From Candidatus Pacearchaeota archaeon (GTDB taxonomy: Bacteria > Patescibacteriota > Minisyncoccia > Minisyncoccales > UBA5738): a DNA stretch of 64,000 nt. The translations under genes and the position numbers were made by a program. This document shows, in pieces, positions 31,558-40,760 of the stretch. Location of the stretch: contig DAOSDI010000001.1 of NCBI GenBank assembly GCA_035362275.1, positions 22,777 to 86,776 of the forward strand, given 5' to 3'. How positions within the stretch are numbered: position 1 is the first letter of the stretch; every line of letters begins with the position of its first letter. The notes under the pieces are model-generated. The model saw nothing but the letters and a program-made list of their open reading frames with translations, had not been told where the DNA came from and made no database searches.

Positions 31558-32516
31558 TTGCCGTAATGATCAAGAATCGCCTTAATACCCGCCCAATTTT
31601 TATCCCATTCCTCGTCTTCGGATGTATTCAAAATTACGCTGATTGCCGGAACATTATTTTTGGCAAACCAATCCGTCATATCGCCGGAAATTTGGTAGGA
31701 TTCAAAATTCTTATAAGCCGGATAACCCGAGGCTTTGGCATAAAGATCGGTGATCGTTTGCGTTTCCGGAAGAATGCCATTGTTACAGCTTGACGAATAT
31801 ACTCCGCCGCCGGAACTATACCAAGCAACTACCGCGGCGATTGAATGGCTTTGCGCGTAATCGCGGACAGCTCTGCTTTCCGGTTCCGAAAATGCCGCAC
31901 TGCCGGCACTCACGGGTTTGTTTTGCCAAACGGCTTTGGGTTGCCAATTGCAATCAAAGTTGCGGTTCAGGTCCACATTGTTGGCGTTGAAGCGTCCTTC
32001 GGTTCTTATGTTCAGTTTTTCAGAATCGTCCAAGCTGTTGAACCGGCTTGCGTTATTCATAAAAACATAAGATCCGTCCGGATTCAAATTTTGGATTATC
32101 GTCACTTTAATGTTGGCGGGAATCAAGCTTGAATCCGAGAATAAATTATTTGCCAACTTTTCGGCCAAAAGCACCGTGTTAAATGAATACCCCCCATGAA
32201 TGCCCCCAATGAAAAGAATTTCTTTGGAGCCGTTGCCGTAGTGATTGGCGATTATTTCGGTTCCGCCCGCCGATTTGCCGATTAGGGTTTCTGGAGAATT
32301 ATGCGCTTCGTTTTGCGGCACTTCTTGGTCTTGGTTTTCTGCGACAACATCTTCGGCCGGCAAATCGTTTTCAACGTCTGGCGGCGTTTGGGTTTGCGAT
32401 TCTTCGGCCGGCATCGGATTTTGAGTTTCTTCGGGCGTTGATGCGAAACGATAGGCCAAGAAAACGAGCGCGGCAACGCAAACAACGGCAATAACGATAG
32501 AAACGATATTTTTCAT
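31554..32516 (-). CDS. M14 carboxypeptidase paralog with degenerate active site
   Basis: VDLNRNF retained; IHGGYS, WYS and ISVIL replace the Zn/catalytic E, H, E. Confidence 0.85.
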   Translation of the reverse strand: MKNIVSIVIAVVCVAALVFLAYRFASTPEETQNPMPAEESQTQTPPDVENDLPAEDVVAENQDQEVPQNEAHNSPETLIGKSAGGTEIIANHYGNGSKEILFIGGIHGGYSFNTVLLAEKLANNLFSDSSLIPANIKVTIIQNLNPDGSYVFMNNASRFNSLDDSEKLNIRTEGRFNANNVDLNRNFDCNWQPKAVWQNKPVSAGSAAFSEPESRAVRDYAQSHSIAAVVAWYSSGGGVYSSSCNNGILPETQTITDLYAKASGYPAYKNFESYQISGDMTDWFAKNNVPAISVILNTSEDEEWDKNWAGIKAILDHYGK

Positions 32517-32676
32517 ATTTTTGATTTGATTATTTTTTTTATCGCTCACATAAGTATATCACAAAATCCAAAAAACCGGATTTTTACCGCAGTGCCGGGC
32601 AAAATCGCCATAATATGATGTAATTTTGGATTAAAATGTGGTAAAATTTCACAAAGCGAAATCAAAAAATAAAATT

Positions 32677-32913
32677 ATGGATAATCTGGGATATTTCTTT
32701 CTCTTCGTTTTGCTTGCGATAATTCTCACCTATTTTTTCCCCGCCATTGTGGCGGTTGCCCGCAAAAAAAGAAACTGGGGAGCAATTTTTGCCTTGAATC
32801 TGCTGGCGGGATGGACTTTTGTCGGGTGGATCGCGGCGCTGGTGTGGGCGCTCACTCACGATCACGGGGAAAACGGCAACAAACCAATGCCGCCCGCCGC
32901 CATTGACGGCTGA
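32677..32913 (+). CDS. Superinfection immunity protein (T4 Imm-like)
   Basis: YFFPAIVA..R..IFALNLLAGWTFVGWIAALVWA. Confidence 0.85.
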   Translation: MDNLGYFFLFVLLAIILTYFFPAIVAVARKKRNWGAIFALNLLAGWTFVGWIAALVWALTHDHGENGNKPMPPAAIDG

Positions 32914-33043
32914 TTTGGCGTGATGCCCGACATTGCCGGCAAATATCAAACAAAAAACCCTGAGAGTAGCGGTATCAAATACCGCTACGATATCAGAAAA
33001 AAACAAAACGTCCCGACAGTTTCGGGACGTTTTATTTTTTGGA

Positions 33044-33241
33044 CTAGGCGCGCGCCACATTGACCGCCGCCGGTCCCTTTTCACCGTCAACAACTTCAAA
33101 TGTCACCGCATCGCCGACTTTGAGATCGGCATATTCCACGCCTCGCAATTCTTTGGAATGGAAAAACAAGTCTTTGGCTTCCCCTTCGCGGGAAATGAAT
33201 CCAAATCCTCTTTCCGTGAGAGTTTTGATTGTTCCGTTCAT
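33044..33241 (-). CDS. Cold-shock protein
   Basis: RGFGFI, DLFFH, KGPAAVNV. Confidence 0.93.
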   Translation of the reverse strand: MNGTIKTLTERGFGFISREGEAKDLFFHSKELRGVEYADLKVGDAVTFEVVDGEKGPAAVNVARA

Positions 33242-33349
33242 TTTTTTGTTGAATTTACGCACAACGGGAAACCGACCATTTTCCGTTTTCTAACTGTCTT
33301 AACACTATACACCATAACCCCTTTTTCTCCAAATTTCAGTCCCCGCCGG

Positions 33350-33477
33350 GCGTCGGAACACGCAACCCCAACGCCAAGATTTAATTCTTTGGCCGCCAAA
33401 ACCGCCAATTCGTGCAGTTTCTTGCAATTGGCGCACCCCGATCCGATAACCTCAATTGATGTGATCTTGTCCTCCAT
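33350..33477 (-). pseudogene. Truncated small thioredoxin-like redox protein (ars-operon type)
   Basis: IEVIGSGCANCKKL N-terminus; similarity lost after about 40 aa. Confidence 0.6.
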
Positions 33478-33523
33478 TTTTTTTGATTATTGGCAATTAA
33501 CAATTAACAATTAACAATTAACA

Positions 33524-33560
33524 ACATTCCGACATTCTTGAGAATGTTGGAATGTTTATT
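33524..33560. repeat. Palindromic element, copy 1 (35/37 identical to 49226-49262)
   Basis: ACATTCCGACATTCTTGAGAATGTTGGAATGTTTATT, preceded by (AATTAAC)x4. Confidence 0.85.
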
Positions 33561-33600
33561 CACATGCCAGAATGCCCCGGGGGCTTTGGCCCGGCGCGGT

Positions 33601-33903
33601 TTATTTGATTATTTTAAAAATATTTTCCGTTATCCTTTCTCCTTTTTCCGTCAGCGAATAATGAATCCAAGCTCCGTCTTTCCGTCCCTCGATCAATTCT
33701 GCTTTCTTCAATTTGTTCAAGTGGTGCGACACCAGATTTTGCGGCAAGCCAAGATGCTTGATGATCCGGCAGGCGCAATGTTCGCCGCCTTGCAAAATGC
33801 AAAGTATTTTAAGCCGGTTTTCTTGGGCCAATAACTTCAAAACCGCCGCGGCCGGCGCGAATTCTTCCTTGCGGCGGTTATTTTTGCAACATTCCGGTTT
33901 CAT
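33601..33903 (-). CDS. ArsR/SmtB-family regulator
   Basis: NRLKIL..EHCAC..QNLVSHHL..L..G.WIHYSL. Confidence 0.9.
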   Translation of the reverse strand: MKPECCKNNRRKEEFAPAAAVLKLLAQENRLKILCILQGGEHCACRIIKHLGLPQNLVSHHLNKLKKAELIEGRKDGAWIHYSLTEKGERITENIFKIIK

Positions 33904-34447
33904 ATATCAATCTACATTGATATTTTATCCCGTTTAAAATGTTTGTCAAATTAAAAAAACGAAGCCCGCCGGCTTCCCGAAAAATAATAAAAATTGCCAC
34001 CTTCCCCCATTTCGCGCGGCAAACAACCCCCAACTCCCTCCCGCCTTTAACGAACCGCCAAATTTTCTTCGATTTTAGCACAACCATTCCTCGCGGAACC
34101 TTCAAAAACCAGAATTGACACCATTTTTATTTATTATCTCCAATTGTCAAAAAATAAAAACCGCATTTTAATGCGGAATTGAATCTAAAAAAGGGAAAGG
34201 ATATAACGCTCATAAATTATTTTGTATTCGATTTGGGATGCTATGCTTCGCGTTATATCCCGTTATGAGTGTTTTTAATTCTTCTTCGCCGATATCTCTT
34301 TCGAGTTCGGCAACCACAAGAAGAGCGGTTTGCAGGTCTCCAATAAAGACCGCTGATCTCATTAACGTTTCGTATAATGACCGCTTTGCTGGCGTAATAG
34401 TCCTCATATAACCACCATAGTTCTATTAAGCCATAAACGATATTTTG

Positions 34448-34729
34448 TCAACAAAGAGAATAGATACAACCAAAAACCGCCAAAGACGATTTAAGTGCAT
34501 TTAACTTTTCGATTGAATTAATACGAATCGTGCAATCGTCAACTTCCACGCCTACGGAATAGCTGCCCTTTTGAGCCCATACATCTATCCGCGATTTTCG
34601 TCCGGGCCAAACTTGTTTTTCTGTCCGCGAATCATAGCCGAATCGTAAAAAGTAATCTTTAATAAGCCATTGTATCTGCGAATGGTGCGGCGTATGGATT
34701 TTTAACAGATCGGAAACTAAATAATTCAC
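34448..34729 (-). CDS. Short PD-(D/E)XK nuclease-like ORF (possibly a remnant)
   Basis: EKQV..RIDVWA..VGVEVD; GTG start. Confidence 0.45.
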   Translation of the reverse strand: MNYLVSDLLKIHTPHHSQIQWLIKDYFLRFGYDSRTEKQVWPGRKSRIDVWAQKGSYSVGVEVDDCTIRINSIEKLNALKSSLAVFGCIYSLC

Positions 34730-34749
34730 ATCACAAAAAATCTAGGAAT

Positions 34750-35502
34750 TTATTTTTTCTCCGTTCTCCTCTTAAATTCTTTCTTAATATCAGAATTATT
34801 GATAGGTTTCCTGAAGAAAAAACACTTAGCTTTGTTTTCTGCTGGAACAACGTAGTCAATTAAGCTTTTACCATCAGGCGTTCCGCAATGCACTTGATGC
34901 ACAAATTCTTTGCCGTATTTTTCTGAGTTGTTAAATTCGCAATAATATAAAATTTCATCTGTTTTTAATTGGAACCTGTGCGAATCCCCATGGCCAAAAA
35001 AATAAACCTCTTTTATGCTTTTATCTGCCATAATTTTTTCGATATCTTTGAAGCTTGCATTTGTATAGAAAGAAAAATCCTGTTTTCTGGATTTTATACA
35101 ACGAACTAATGCCTCTAATTCATCTTTCAAAAAATTAGTTCTAAGCCATCCTTCAAGCTTAAACCAATCTGTTTGCCCTAAGATTACAACAGTATGGGCG
35201 GGTATATTTTGCTTGAATTTTTTTAAATATTGTGTCGATAGGTAGTTATTTATCGGATATATAATTACCAATATTGGCGAAAAAAAGAACTGGATAAAGT
35301 CATAGCCAAAGTAAACTAATCCATAAATAATCACGAAAAAGAGATGAACAAAAATAACCGAAACGATTGCTTTCGTACTAAAGCCCTTAAGCAGTGGAGA
35401 TATTAAAGCGATAATATATGCAAAAAATAAAAAAATCCTAGAATCTGTCCTTAATAATATCTGTGCTAATATTCCTTTTGGTTTACCGTTAATCATTTGC
35501 AT
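34750..35502 (-). CDS. Membrane protein with caspase/CHAT-like His-Cys pattern
   Basis: N-terminal TMs; VYFFGHG and VHQVHCG. Confidence 0.55.
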   Translation of the reverse strand: MQMINGKPKGILAQILLRTDSRIFLFFAYIIALISPLLKGFSTKAIVSVIFVHLFFVIIYGLVYFGYDFIQFFFSPILVIIYPINNYLSTQYLKKFKQNIPAHTVVILGQTDWFKLEGWLRTNFLKDELEALVRCIKSRKQDFSFYTNASFKDIEKIMADKSIKEVYFFGHGDSHRFQLKTDEILYYCEFNNSEKYGKEFVHQVHCGTPDGKSLIDYVVPAENKAKCFFFRKPINNSDIKKEFKRRTEKK

Positions 35503-35507
35503 AATAT

Positions 35508-36398
35508 TTAAACTTCATAGAATTTAACATTCTTTTCTTTCAGGAAATTTTTTATTATATCAACGTGAACGCAATTTCCTAGATGTAGAAACGGATGGTT
35601 AGATACTTTTTTAATTCTACCACCATCTCTAATTTCTTTTTCTTTTATGTCGAATCCTAGATGAAGATGGTGAGTCGATGATTGCATACCGTAAACAATT
35701 CCATTCTGATCAAATAATGGGCCACCGCTTTGACCCCTTAGTCCGGGAGTACTCATTTCAATGCCGTTTGGGGCTCCGGTTGTGCCCATGACTTTTCTTG
35801 TTATCATTCCTTCAATTGGAAAACGAGGAGTAATTTTTTGGCCTTGCTCTATCCATTCAATATCGTCTTTTTCTGCGTTGTATTCAAAATTAGAAAATTC
35901 TGGAAACGGAAAACCTAAGCGGCATAGAAACTTACCCTGCCTAATCAAAGAAGCATCCTTAAGAAAAGTTGCATAACCATTGTATAGAAGTTTTTGAAAT
36001 CCATTGAATTCGATAATCGCAATATCTTCGGTAGGGTGCATAATCATCTTAAAACCGCTTATGTTGTCAACACAATTCATAAAATGATTCTTAATTTGTA
36101 TGGTAGTTATAGGCTCGTATTTATATTTTTGCTCCAATTCTCTTAATTTTCTTCTGTATTTGCCTGCTTTTCCAGTTAAAGCATCTCTTTCTTTTTTAAA
36201 GCTTTGGAAATTATTATTTATTTGGTCGGATTGTGCAATCAAAATTGCAACATGCTTGCATGTAATTGCTTGGCCAAGTTCATTAACAAAAAAGAAGGTT
36301 GCCGCGCCAGGTATAACAATGTCGCTTCCATATTCCCGAGTAATAGTGTGTATCCCTCGGGTATAACCTGCTACTTTTTCAATTGCATCTGAGAACAT
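35508..36398 (-). CDS. Trypsin-like serine protease (cytoplasmic)
   Basis: Triad ITCKHV / EDIAII / RGQSGGP; no signal peptide. Confidence 0.88.
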   Translation of the reverse strand: MFSDAIEKVAGYTRGIHTITREYGSDIVIPGAATFFFVNELGQAITCKHVAILIAQSDQINNNFQSFKKERDALTGKAGKYRRKLRELEQKYKYEPITTIQIKNHFMNCVDNISGFKMIMHPTEDIAIIEFNGFQKLLYNGYATFLKDASLIRQGKFLCRLGFPFPEFSNFEYNAEKDDIEWIEQGQKITPRFPIEGMITRKVMGTTGAPNGIEMSTPGLRGQSGGPLFDQNGIVYGMQSSTHHLHLGFDIKEKEIRDGGRIKKVSNHPFLHLGNCVHVDIIKNFLKEKNVKFYEV

Positions 36399-36434
36399 TA
36401 TTTTGTAATTTATTTAATTTATTTGCCTTGTTTT

Positions 36435-37070
36435 TTATTTCATCGGCGGCTTTCCTAAATCAGTTAATTTTTCGTTCAACTTCTCCTTTTTCTTCTTTAA
36501 AATTTCCGGTTGCACAAAATAAAAATCAAATAAACCCTCCAGTATATCAAGATTCCATTCTGCTTCTCCGGGCTCCACTTCTGCTATTTCGCCAGTAGAT
36601 TTGCTTTTTGTCGGGTGTGCAGCAAAATTTCCTATATTTCTTACTGCGTCAATGCCTTCCGATAATTGTGTTGGTAATTTATTTGAGTTAATTATTTCTT
36701 CAATTTCCTTACTTAAATTATCGGGTTTAACTTTTGCTTTTTCACGCAATAAATTCTGCAGACAATGCCTACTTAATGCTGCACTTGCCTTTGGACTATC
36801 CATTAATATAAGGCAAGCTTCCGTATAATCTTGAGCAAATTCCGACGATACTTCTGTCGGCAATGGAGATCTTGATATAGATCTGGGCCTGACTAATTGC
36901 GAATATCCACGGTTATTCGTTAACCGAATAATATTTTTTTCGCAAGAAGGACACTTACAATAGCTCAAACTCCATTTTCCTTCGCAATCGTTAATTGTTA
37001 TATATCTCTCGGAAGTAACTAAATCTTCCCATTCATCGAAAAAACCTTCTAAACAATGAGGGCATTTCAT
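36435..37070 (-). CDS. DUF4145-domain protein with N-terminal Zn ribbon
   Basis: CPHC..CPSC; EA..SPKASAALSR..LQ..VRNIGNFAAH. Confidence 0.85.
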   Translation of the reverse strand: MKCPHCLEGFFDEWEDLVTSERYITINDCEGKWSLSYCKCPSCEKNIIRLTNNRGYSQLVRPRSISRSPLPTEVSSEFAQDYTEACLILMDSPKASAALSRHCLQNLLREKAKVKPDNLSKEIEEIINSNKLPTQLSEGIDAVRNIGNFAAHPTKSKSTGEIAEVEPGEAEWNLDILEGLFDFYFVQPEILKKKKEKLNEKLTDLGKPPMK

Positions 37071-37119
37071 ATTTTTTATTAAGTATAACTATTAATCTGA
37101 ACTTATTATACTATCAATT

Positions 37120-37185
37120 AGTATAGAACAAGAGTTAGAACAAGTCAAACTGTTCTTGACTAGCTTTTTATAAAGGGATTATAAT
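37120..37185. promoter_or_regulatory. Back-to-back sigma70 promoters with candidate operator
   Basis: + strand TTGACT(37156)-N18-TATAAT(37180); - strand TTGACT(37148)-N17-TATACT(37125); TAGAACAAG x2 and AGAACA-N8-TGTTCT. Confidence 0.7.
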
Positions 37186-37199
37186 AAACGTATAAAGAT

Positions 37200-37814
37200 A
37201 TGCAAAAAAAACTTCATCCCCTACAACAACAAATTCTTGATTTGTTGGTCGAAAATTCTGACGATCCCTTGACTATAAGAGAGATACAGGATGCCGTTGG
37301 TGCCTCATCAACAAGCGTCATCGCTCATCACTTAGCCCAGCTAGAAAAGAAGGGATATTTAAAGCGTAATCCATTTAATCCGAGAGATTATCAAGTCCTG
37401 AAAGGGGGGCCGGAAAAACAAGTTACTTACATTAATTTATACGGCCTAGCTCAATGCGGCCCTGACGGTGCGATTCTTGATGGAAATCCAATAGACAGGA
37501 TACCAATATCAACAAGGCTTCTTCCCTTCCCTTCGGAGGAAGCATTTATGGTAAAAGCCAAGGGAGACTCAATGGAACCTAAAATTAGCGAAGGTGATTT
37601 AGTGATTGTAAGAAAAACAAACGATGCGGATAATAACAGTATTGTTATTTGCGCGAATAAGGGTGAGGCTTTGATTAAAAAAATTAAGAAAGAAAAAGAC
37701 GATATTATCTTGATTTCAATTAATAGCGAGAAACACCAGCCATTCCTCGCTGATAGAGAAAGCTTTAAAATTGAGGGGGAGGTTAAAACGGTTATCACAA
37801 ACAAACTTCCTTAA
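37200..37814 (+). CDS. LexA-like repressor (wHTH + S24 peptidase)
   Basis: TIREI..STS..HL..LEKKGYL; Cys-Gly cleavage site AQCG; GDSM (Ser); ALIKK (Lys). Confidence 0.92.
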   Translation: MQKKLHPLQQQILDLLVENSDDPLTIREIQDAVGASSTSVIAHHLAQLEKKGYLKRNPFNPRDYQVLKGGPEKQVTYINLYGLAQCGPDGAILDGNPIDRIPISTRLLPFPSEEAFMVKAKGDSMEPKISEGDLVIVRKTNDADNNSIVICANKGEALIKKIKKEKDDIILISINSEKHQPFLADRESFKIEGEVKTVITNKLP

Positions 37815-37815
37815 A

Positions 37816-39621
37816 ATGGAAACATTGAAAGCGTACAACATAATAGAATCAGTTAATAAATATCCAGAAGAAGCAAAAACAAAATTGCTCGACTTTTTCA
37901 TTAAAGAAAAACCGAGCAATTGGAATACGGTTTTTAATATAAATGATTTATTGAATAAATTAAATTACGATCAGGTAGTCGAACTCATAGGAATATTTCA
38001 TCAAAAATCAAAAGAACAAAAAAAAGTTGAACAAACCAACGAAAGAAAACATTTTGGAATTTACTATACAGATTACCAATTAGCTCGCTTTATCGTAAGG
38101 GAAACTATAAACCTTAGCCAGATTGATCCTGCTAGGGCTACCTTCTTAGAACCATGCTGCGGAAGCGGTAATTTCATTATTGCTTATTTAGATGAAGTAT
38201 TATCAAAACAAAAAAATATTAACAACGCCTTAGTACAAAAAATAATAGATAATATTTATTGTGCCGACATTGACGAAGAAGCAATCAGTATAACGAAAAA
38301 AATAATTCCGCAATATCTTAAAAAGAAGTACGCAGTTTCCATAAGCGTATCAGAAAAAAATTATTTCTCGGGAGATTTACTTTTCACAATTAAAAATGGG
38401 AATATTTCAAAAAATGATCCGAAAAAGATATTTAGGTTGCCCGATGGATTCGATATTGTCATAACCAATCCCCCTTATAAGCTTCTCAAAGCGAATTCAA
38501 ATAAATATGGCAATGGAGAGAATAAGGAGTTTATTGAAAATGTTGTTGATTATATTCGAAAAGAAAATATTTATTCTCTAAATGAAGGAACTTTAAATTA
38601 CTATAAACTCTTCGTCGAAGAAATCATTCTTAACTATACTAATAAAAACAGCCTCATCGGATTACTAATTCCCCGGACTATATTGAACGATAAACAGTCT
38701 GAAAAATTAAGAAATTATATTATCGCCAACAGTAGACTATCAACCATATACAACATACCGGAAAAAAACGACTTTTTCCCTGATGTTGCACAGTCTTTTT
38801 GTTTTTTCTCCATTGATAAGTCTAAAAAAGGTGAGGAAATATCAATAGTGGATGAAGTTAGTAACGCTGATGATTTAAATAAAAAACCTATTTCAATCAG
38901 TATTTCTCAAGCAAAGGAAATATCATCTTCGATAATTGTGGAATCTAATATTGGCGTTAAAATACTAAAGAAAATTCACGCAAATCCAAAACTCGCTTCC
39001 ATAACGCATATTGCTAATTTACGCGGAGAGCTAGATTTAACTTTGCATAAAAAATTTATCGCCGAATCGCCAACAAAATATCGTCTTATAAAAGGCGCAA
39101 ATATAAGGGAATTTTCGATTGAAGAACCTAATAATTATGTTAGCGATGATTTCCTAGGATTAATAAATGGAAAACATCATTACGTAATCAATTCAAGGAT
39201 TGTTTGTCAGCAAATTTCAAATATTAACTCTTCAAAACGCTTAAAGTTTGCATTTGTACAGCCTAATTATGTTTTAGGTAATTCCTGCAATTTCATAGCC
39301 TTGCAAATGTCCAATAGCCTTTTTAAAACAAAAGATGTTTCCCTCTACTATCTTTTGGGGATATTGAATTCTTTTTTAATGGATTGGCGTTTTAGGTTAT
39401 CGAATTCAAACAATCACGTTTCTAATTACGAACTTAATGATTTGCCGATTGTTGTAAATGGCAATAAAGGGATAATCGACAAAATCGAACGTATTTCTAA
39501 AGACCTAATAAAAAAACCTGATGATAGTTTAATGCGAGAAATGAACGATTTAACTTTGAAATTATACGGTTTAGATGATCAGGAAACTGCTTATATAAAC
39601 TCTCGCTACGTAAAAATATAA
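37816..39621 (+). CDS. N6-adenine DNA methyltransferase (Alw26I/Eco31I/Esp3I-family RM)
   Basis: GIYYT, LEPCCGSGNF, ITNPPY; context. Confidence 0.88.
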   Translation: METLKAYNIIESVNKYPEEAKTKLLDFFIKEKPSNWNTVFNINDLLNKLNYDQVVELIGIFHQKSKEQKKVEQTNERKHFGIYYTDYQLARFIVRETINLSQIDPARATFLEPCCGSGNFIIAYLDEVLSKQKNINNALVQKIIDNIYCADIDEEAISITKKIIPQYLKKKYAVSISVSEKNYFSGDLLFTIKNGNISKNDPKKIFRLPDGFDIVITNPPYKLLKANSNKYGNGENKEFIENVVDYIRKENIYSLNEGTLNYYKLFVEEIILNYTNKNSLIGLLIPRTILNDKQSEKLRNYIIANSRLSTIYNIPEKNDFFPDVAQSFCFFSIDKSKKGEEISIVDEVSNADDLNKKPISISISQAKEISSSIIVESNIGVKILKKIHANPKLASITHIANLRGELDLTLHKKFIAESPTKYRLIKGANIREFSIEEPNNYVSDDFLGLINGKHHYVINSRIVCQQISNINSSKRLKFAFVQPNYVLGNSCNFIALQMSNSLFKTKDVSLYYLLGILNSFLMDWRFRLSNSNNHVSNYELNDLPIVVNGNKGIIDKIERISKDLIKKPDDSLMREMNDLTLKLYGLDDQETAYINSRYVKI

Positions 39622-39638
39622 ATTTTATTGAGATAGAC

Positions 39639-40760
39639 ATGGTATACAATCACATAACTTATTCTCTGAGTGAGCTGGATCTAAAAATGGTTCGTAGCGT
39701 GCCGCCTGGAGGAAATTGGAAAAATATACCCGAGGATATACCCTCCGAAAGGTTAAAACAAATTCGCAAAACTGGCGGGCGCACTACCCTGTACGGGAGA
39801 ATGGTATGGGAAAAACCGAGCTATACAATAACGACATATTTTAACAGGCCCGGAAATGGCACATATATCCACCCGGATTTTGACAGAGTTATCACTGCCA
39901 GAGAAGCGGCAAGGCTTCAATCTTTTCCCGATGACTTTATTTTTAAGGGGTCGAAAGGATCTTTTTGTGTTCAAATCGGAAATGCCGTTCCTCCGCTTTT
40001 ATCTTTTTCTTTCGCCGAAAAAATCAAAAAAGAAACCGGAGCAAAGAGATTGGTAGATTTATTTTGCGGTGCAGGTGGATTAAGCAAGGGTTTCGAATGG
40101 GCGGGTTTTGATATTATTGCTGCAAATGACAATTATCATGAAGCTTGCGAAACTTATAAAATCAATCATACACAAACTAAACTTGTCGAAGGCGACATAA
40201 CCGATAAGAAAATTAAAAATGCTTTATATGAGGCTATTGGCGATATTAAAGCTGATATTATCGTTGGGGGGCCGCCATGCCAAGGATTTTCGTATGCAGG
40301 AAAAAGATTTATAGATGATCCGCGCAATTTCTTATTTCGGGAATTTGTTGACGTAGTCAAGAAGGTAAAACCGTCTATTTTTCTTCTGGAAAATGTCGAA
40401 GGAATTATAACTAGCAATGAGGGAAAAACTTTCGAAAGCATCAAGGAGAGTTTTAAGGCATTGGGCTATAAATTAGCAGGAAAAAAAATTCACGCCGTTA
40501 CATACGGGGTTCCACAAAAGAGAAAACGTATTGTTTTGATCGGGGTCAAAAAAGGAAATCCTGAAAGTTTATTCCCTGATCCGGTGATAGAAGATGAAAA
40601 AAAATTTGTTTCAGTTAGAGATGCTATCGGCAACCTGCGAAGCCTACCGATTGGAGATATGATGGCAGATGAAAATCCTAATCCTGAAACAGACTATCAA
40701 AGGATGATGGCCGGATTGATGCACCCTAGAAAATTCATAAAAAATATTCGCGAGAATTAA
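39639..40760 (+). CDS. Circularly permuted C5-cytosine DNA methyltransferase
   Basis: Motifs IX/X (REAARLQSFPD, GNAVPP) precede motif I (LFCGAGG), IV (GPPCQGFS), VI (ENV), VIII (QKRKR). Confidence 0.92.
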   Translation: MVYNHITYSLSELDLKMVRSVPPGGNWKNIPEDIPSERLKQIRKTGGRTTLYGRMVWEKPSYTITTYFNRPGNGTYIHPDFDRVITAREAARLQSFPDDFIFKGSKGSFCVQIGNAVPPLLSFSFAEKIKKETGAKRLVDLFCGAGGLSKGFEWAGFDIIAANDNYHEACETYKINHTQTKLVEGDITDKKIKNALYEAIGDIKADIIVGGPPCQGFSYAGKRFIDDPRNFLFREFVDVVKKVKPSIFLLENVEGIITSNEGKTFESIKESFKALGYKLAGKKIHAVTYGVPQKRKRIVLIGVKKGNPESLFPDPVIEDEKKFVSVRDAIGNLRSLPIGDMMADENPNPETDYQRMMAGLMHPRKFIKNIREN

